This document shows, in pieces, positions 62,363 through 64,000 of a stretch of DNA of 64,000 nt. Source of the stretch: an uncultured Clostridia bacterium (GTDB taxonomy: Bacteria > Bacillota > Clostridia > Christensenellales > DTU072); assembly GCA_944372095.1 (NCBI GenBank), contig CALVYG010000047.1, positions 4,678-68,677 on the forward strand, given 5' to 3'. The notes beneath the pieces are model-generated. The model did not search any database. It was not told the DNA's origin and saw nothing but the letters and a program-made list of their open reading frames with translations. Each line of letters starts with the position of its first letter. The first letter of the stretch is position 1. The translations under genes and the position numbers were made by a program.

Positions 62363-63064
62363 ATGATTCTTTCACTGATAACCTCAGGTTATTCTATAGA
62401 TATAATATTAATATTATTGGTTGCTATTTTGACAAGCGCAACGCTGTCAATTGTTACTCATGAAGTTTCACACGGATATGCCGCCCTTGTAAACGGAGAT
62501 AACACTGCAAAATTAGCAGGCAGACTTACATTTAATCCCTTGGCTCATTTTGATTGGGTGGGATTTGTATTGATGATTTTAGTCGGCTTCGGTTGGGCAA
62601 AACCTGTCCCCGTTAATCCGTATAATTTTAAAAATTATAAAATCGGGGTAATTATTGTCTCTTTGGCGGGAATTACCGCAAATTTGTTATTGGCAGGAAT
62701 TGCACTTTTGCTTTTATATTTTTTATACCCGTTTTTTATATCTTTGATGATATCGGCATCTGCTTTAAGGCTTTTGGGATTTTTCTTTTACTATCTGCTT
62801 GTATACTTTGTTCTGCTGAATATCATGCTGGCATTTTTTAATATTCTGCCTATAGCTCCGCTTGACGGGTTTAATTTTCTAAATGCACTTTTACCGAGGG
62901 GTAACGCTTATTCTACTTTTATGTTTAAATACGGATGGGCGATTTTGATTGCAATAATTATAGTCTGCAATATACTAAATTATGTGGGGCTACGCGAATA
63001 TAATGTTTTTTATCAGGTTCAACAATTGGCTTGGCGCTTGATTGCTTTGGTAACCGGAGGATAA
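62363..63064 (+). CDS. Site-2 protease family (M50) membrane metalloprotease
   Basis: HEVSHG (HExxH) in TM1 and NILPIAPLDG (NxxPxxxLDG). SD AGAGGA lies upstream. Confidence 0.85.
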   Translation: MILSLITSGYSIDIILILLVAILTSATLSIVTHEVSHGYAALVNGDNTAKLAGRLTFNPLAHFDWVGFVLMILVGFGWAKPVPVNPYNFKNYKIGVIIVSLAGITANLLLAGIALLLLYFLYPFFISLMISASALRLLGFFFYYLLVYFVLLNIMLAFFNILPIAPLDGFNFLNALLPRGNAYSTFMFKYGWAILIAIIIVCNILNYVGLREYNVFYQVQQLAWRLIALVTGG

Positions 63065-63068
63065 CACA

Positions 63069-63890
63069 ATGGCTAATTATCTCAACAGCACAATAGAGGA
63101 CGTAAAATTCCATATAGAAACACAAGATTTTGACGGACCTATCGATTTATTGGTTAAATTTGTCAAAGAAGCTAAAATCGACGTTATGGAAATTTTCGTC
63201 AGCGATATCACTACTCAATATGTGAATTATGTTCAATCTCTGAAAGAACTCAATTATGAATATGTTTCTCAATACATAATATTTGCAGCTCTTTTGATTG
63301 AAATAAAATCATCAAAAATGACTCCGCCTCCCGTGTATTACGATGAAGACGATTCATATTCTGATTATTCGGACGATTACGTTAGCGCAGAGTCCATAAT
63401 AATAGAAGAAGTCAGAAAAAAACTGCTTGTAGAATATCCTGAAATGCTTAAACCGCGTGAAGTCGTTAACGTATTTTATCCTGAACCTCAATACGACGAA
63501 AACGATTATAAGTTAATAGCAAAAAATTTAACGCTGGATAAGCTGTTGGACGCATACAAACTTGTACTCGAAAAAGTTGAAATCGTAGAAAAAGCTCCGG
63601 CAGTGCAAACCATAATAAAAGACCGCTTTACCGTTACTGAAAAAGTAGTTGACATAACAAAAAAAATCAGAGAAAAGAAAAAAGTAAGTTTTTTCAGTTT
63701 ATTTGAATCAGATTATTCAAAAACAGAACTTCTAACTATATTTCTTGCCATATTAGAAATTATAAGAAAGCAAATTGCCGTTGCAACACAAGAAGAATTC
63801 GAAGCCGATATTTATCTTGTACATAGCAGCGAAACCGATAAAGAAACAGACGAAGGGGACTTATTAAAAGATGTTGACGAATATAATTGA
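63069..63890 (+). CDS. scpA: Segregation and condensation protein A
   Basis: FDGPIDLLVKFVKEAKIDVMEIFVSDIT N-terminus and C-terminal LAILEIIRKQ. SD GGAGG lies upstream. Confidence 0.9.
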   Translation: MANYLNSTIEDVKFHIETQDFDGPIDLLVKFVKEAKIDVMEIFVSDITTQYVNYVQSLKELNYEYVSQYIIFAALLIEIKSSKMTPPPVYYDEDDSYSDYSDDYVSAESIIIEEVRKKLLVEYPEMLKPREVVNVFYPEPQYDENDYKLIAKNLTLDKLLDAYKLVLEKVEIVEKAPAVQTIIKDRFTVTEKVVDITKKIREKKKVSFFSLFESDYSKTELLTIFLAILEIIRKQIAVATQEEFEADIYLVHSSETDKETDEGDLLKDVDEYN

Positions 63891-64000
63891 AGCATTGATT
63901 TTTGCCGCCGCCAGCGGTGTAACCTACAAAAACATCAAAGATGCATTCGGCGGTGACTATACTGAAAAAGAAATTAAATCCGCATTAAACGAGATAAAAG
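63871..64000 (+). CDS. scpB: Segregation and condensation protein B, N-terminal part (continues beyond window)
   Basis: ATG 63871 overlaps the scpA end. My translation MLTNIIEALIFAAASGVTYKNIKDAF... fits the ScpB N-terminus. The frame is still open at the window end. Confidence 0.75.
   Translation, partial: MLTNIIEALIFAAASGVTYKNIKDAFGGDYTEKEIKSALNEIK

Overview
This window is about 64 kb of chromosomal core from a low-GC, endospore-forming Firmicute with Clostridia-like gene order. Nearly all genes are on the + strand and tightly packed, often with overlapping stop and start codons.

Gene content, in order:
- dapF (partial)-dapL and purA, then a divergent Na/Pi-cotransporter-like gene.
- A tightly overlapped chain: GH2 beta-galactosidase, patatin, PfoR-like EIIC, polA, coaE, dinB.
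- degV (- strand), a 2-hydroxyacid dehydrogenase and two tRNA-Leu genes.
- A galU-like gene, a ClpA/ClpC-type AAA+ ATPase, hpf, a sugar-phosphate isomerase and pgi.
- An orphan degenerate ABC ATPase.
- A TM1266-family small regulator with an NMT1-like ABC importer, behind a terminator-containing leader.
- ruvCAB-queA-tgt-yajC.
- A SCIFF peptide gene, which is too short to appear in the ORF track, with its radical-SAM maturase.
- secDF-recJ-relA and a six-tRNA cluster.
- Sporulation operons spoIIAA-spoIIAB-sigF, spoVAC/AD/AE and spoIIIAA-AH, with pepP and efp between them.
- The asp23-nusB-folD-xseAB-ispA-tlyA / argR-recN-spoIVB block.
- A PBP5-type carboxypeptidase, an M50 protease, scpA and partial scpB.

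I found no CRISPR array, IS or transposase, integrase, toxin-antitoxin pair or recognisable defence system.

The points most worth a second look are:
1. The unlisted SCIFF RiPP pair, whose precursor has an unusually long C-terminal tail.
2. A recurring promoter geometry that predicts leaderless mRNAs for several genes lacking a Shine-Dalgarno (SD) sequence.
3. A terminator/antiterminator leader upstream of a TM1266-type regulator found outside its usual hydrogenase context.
4. An AT-rich, opposite-strand 440-aa ORF wedged into the otherwise conserved tlyA-argR junction.
5. A catalytically degenerate orphan ABC ATPase.

I cannot demonstrate a clearly novel multi-gene system from the sequence alone. 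All homology statements come from motif recognition by eye and from memory, not from database searches.
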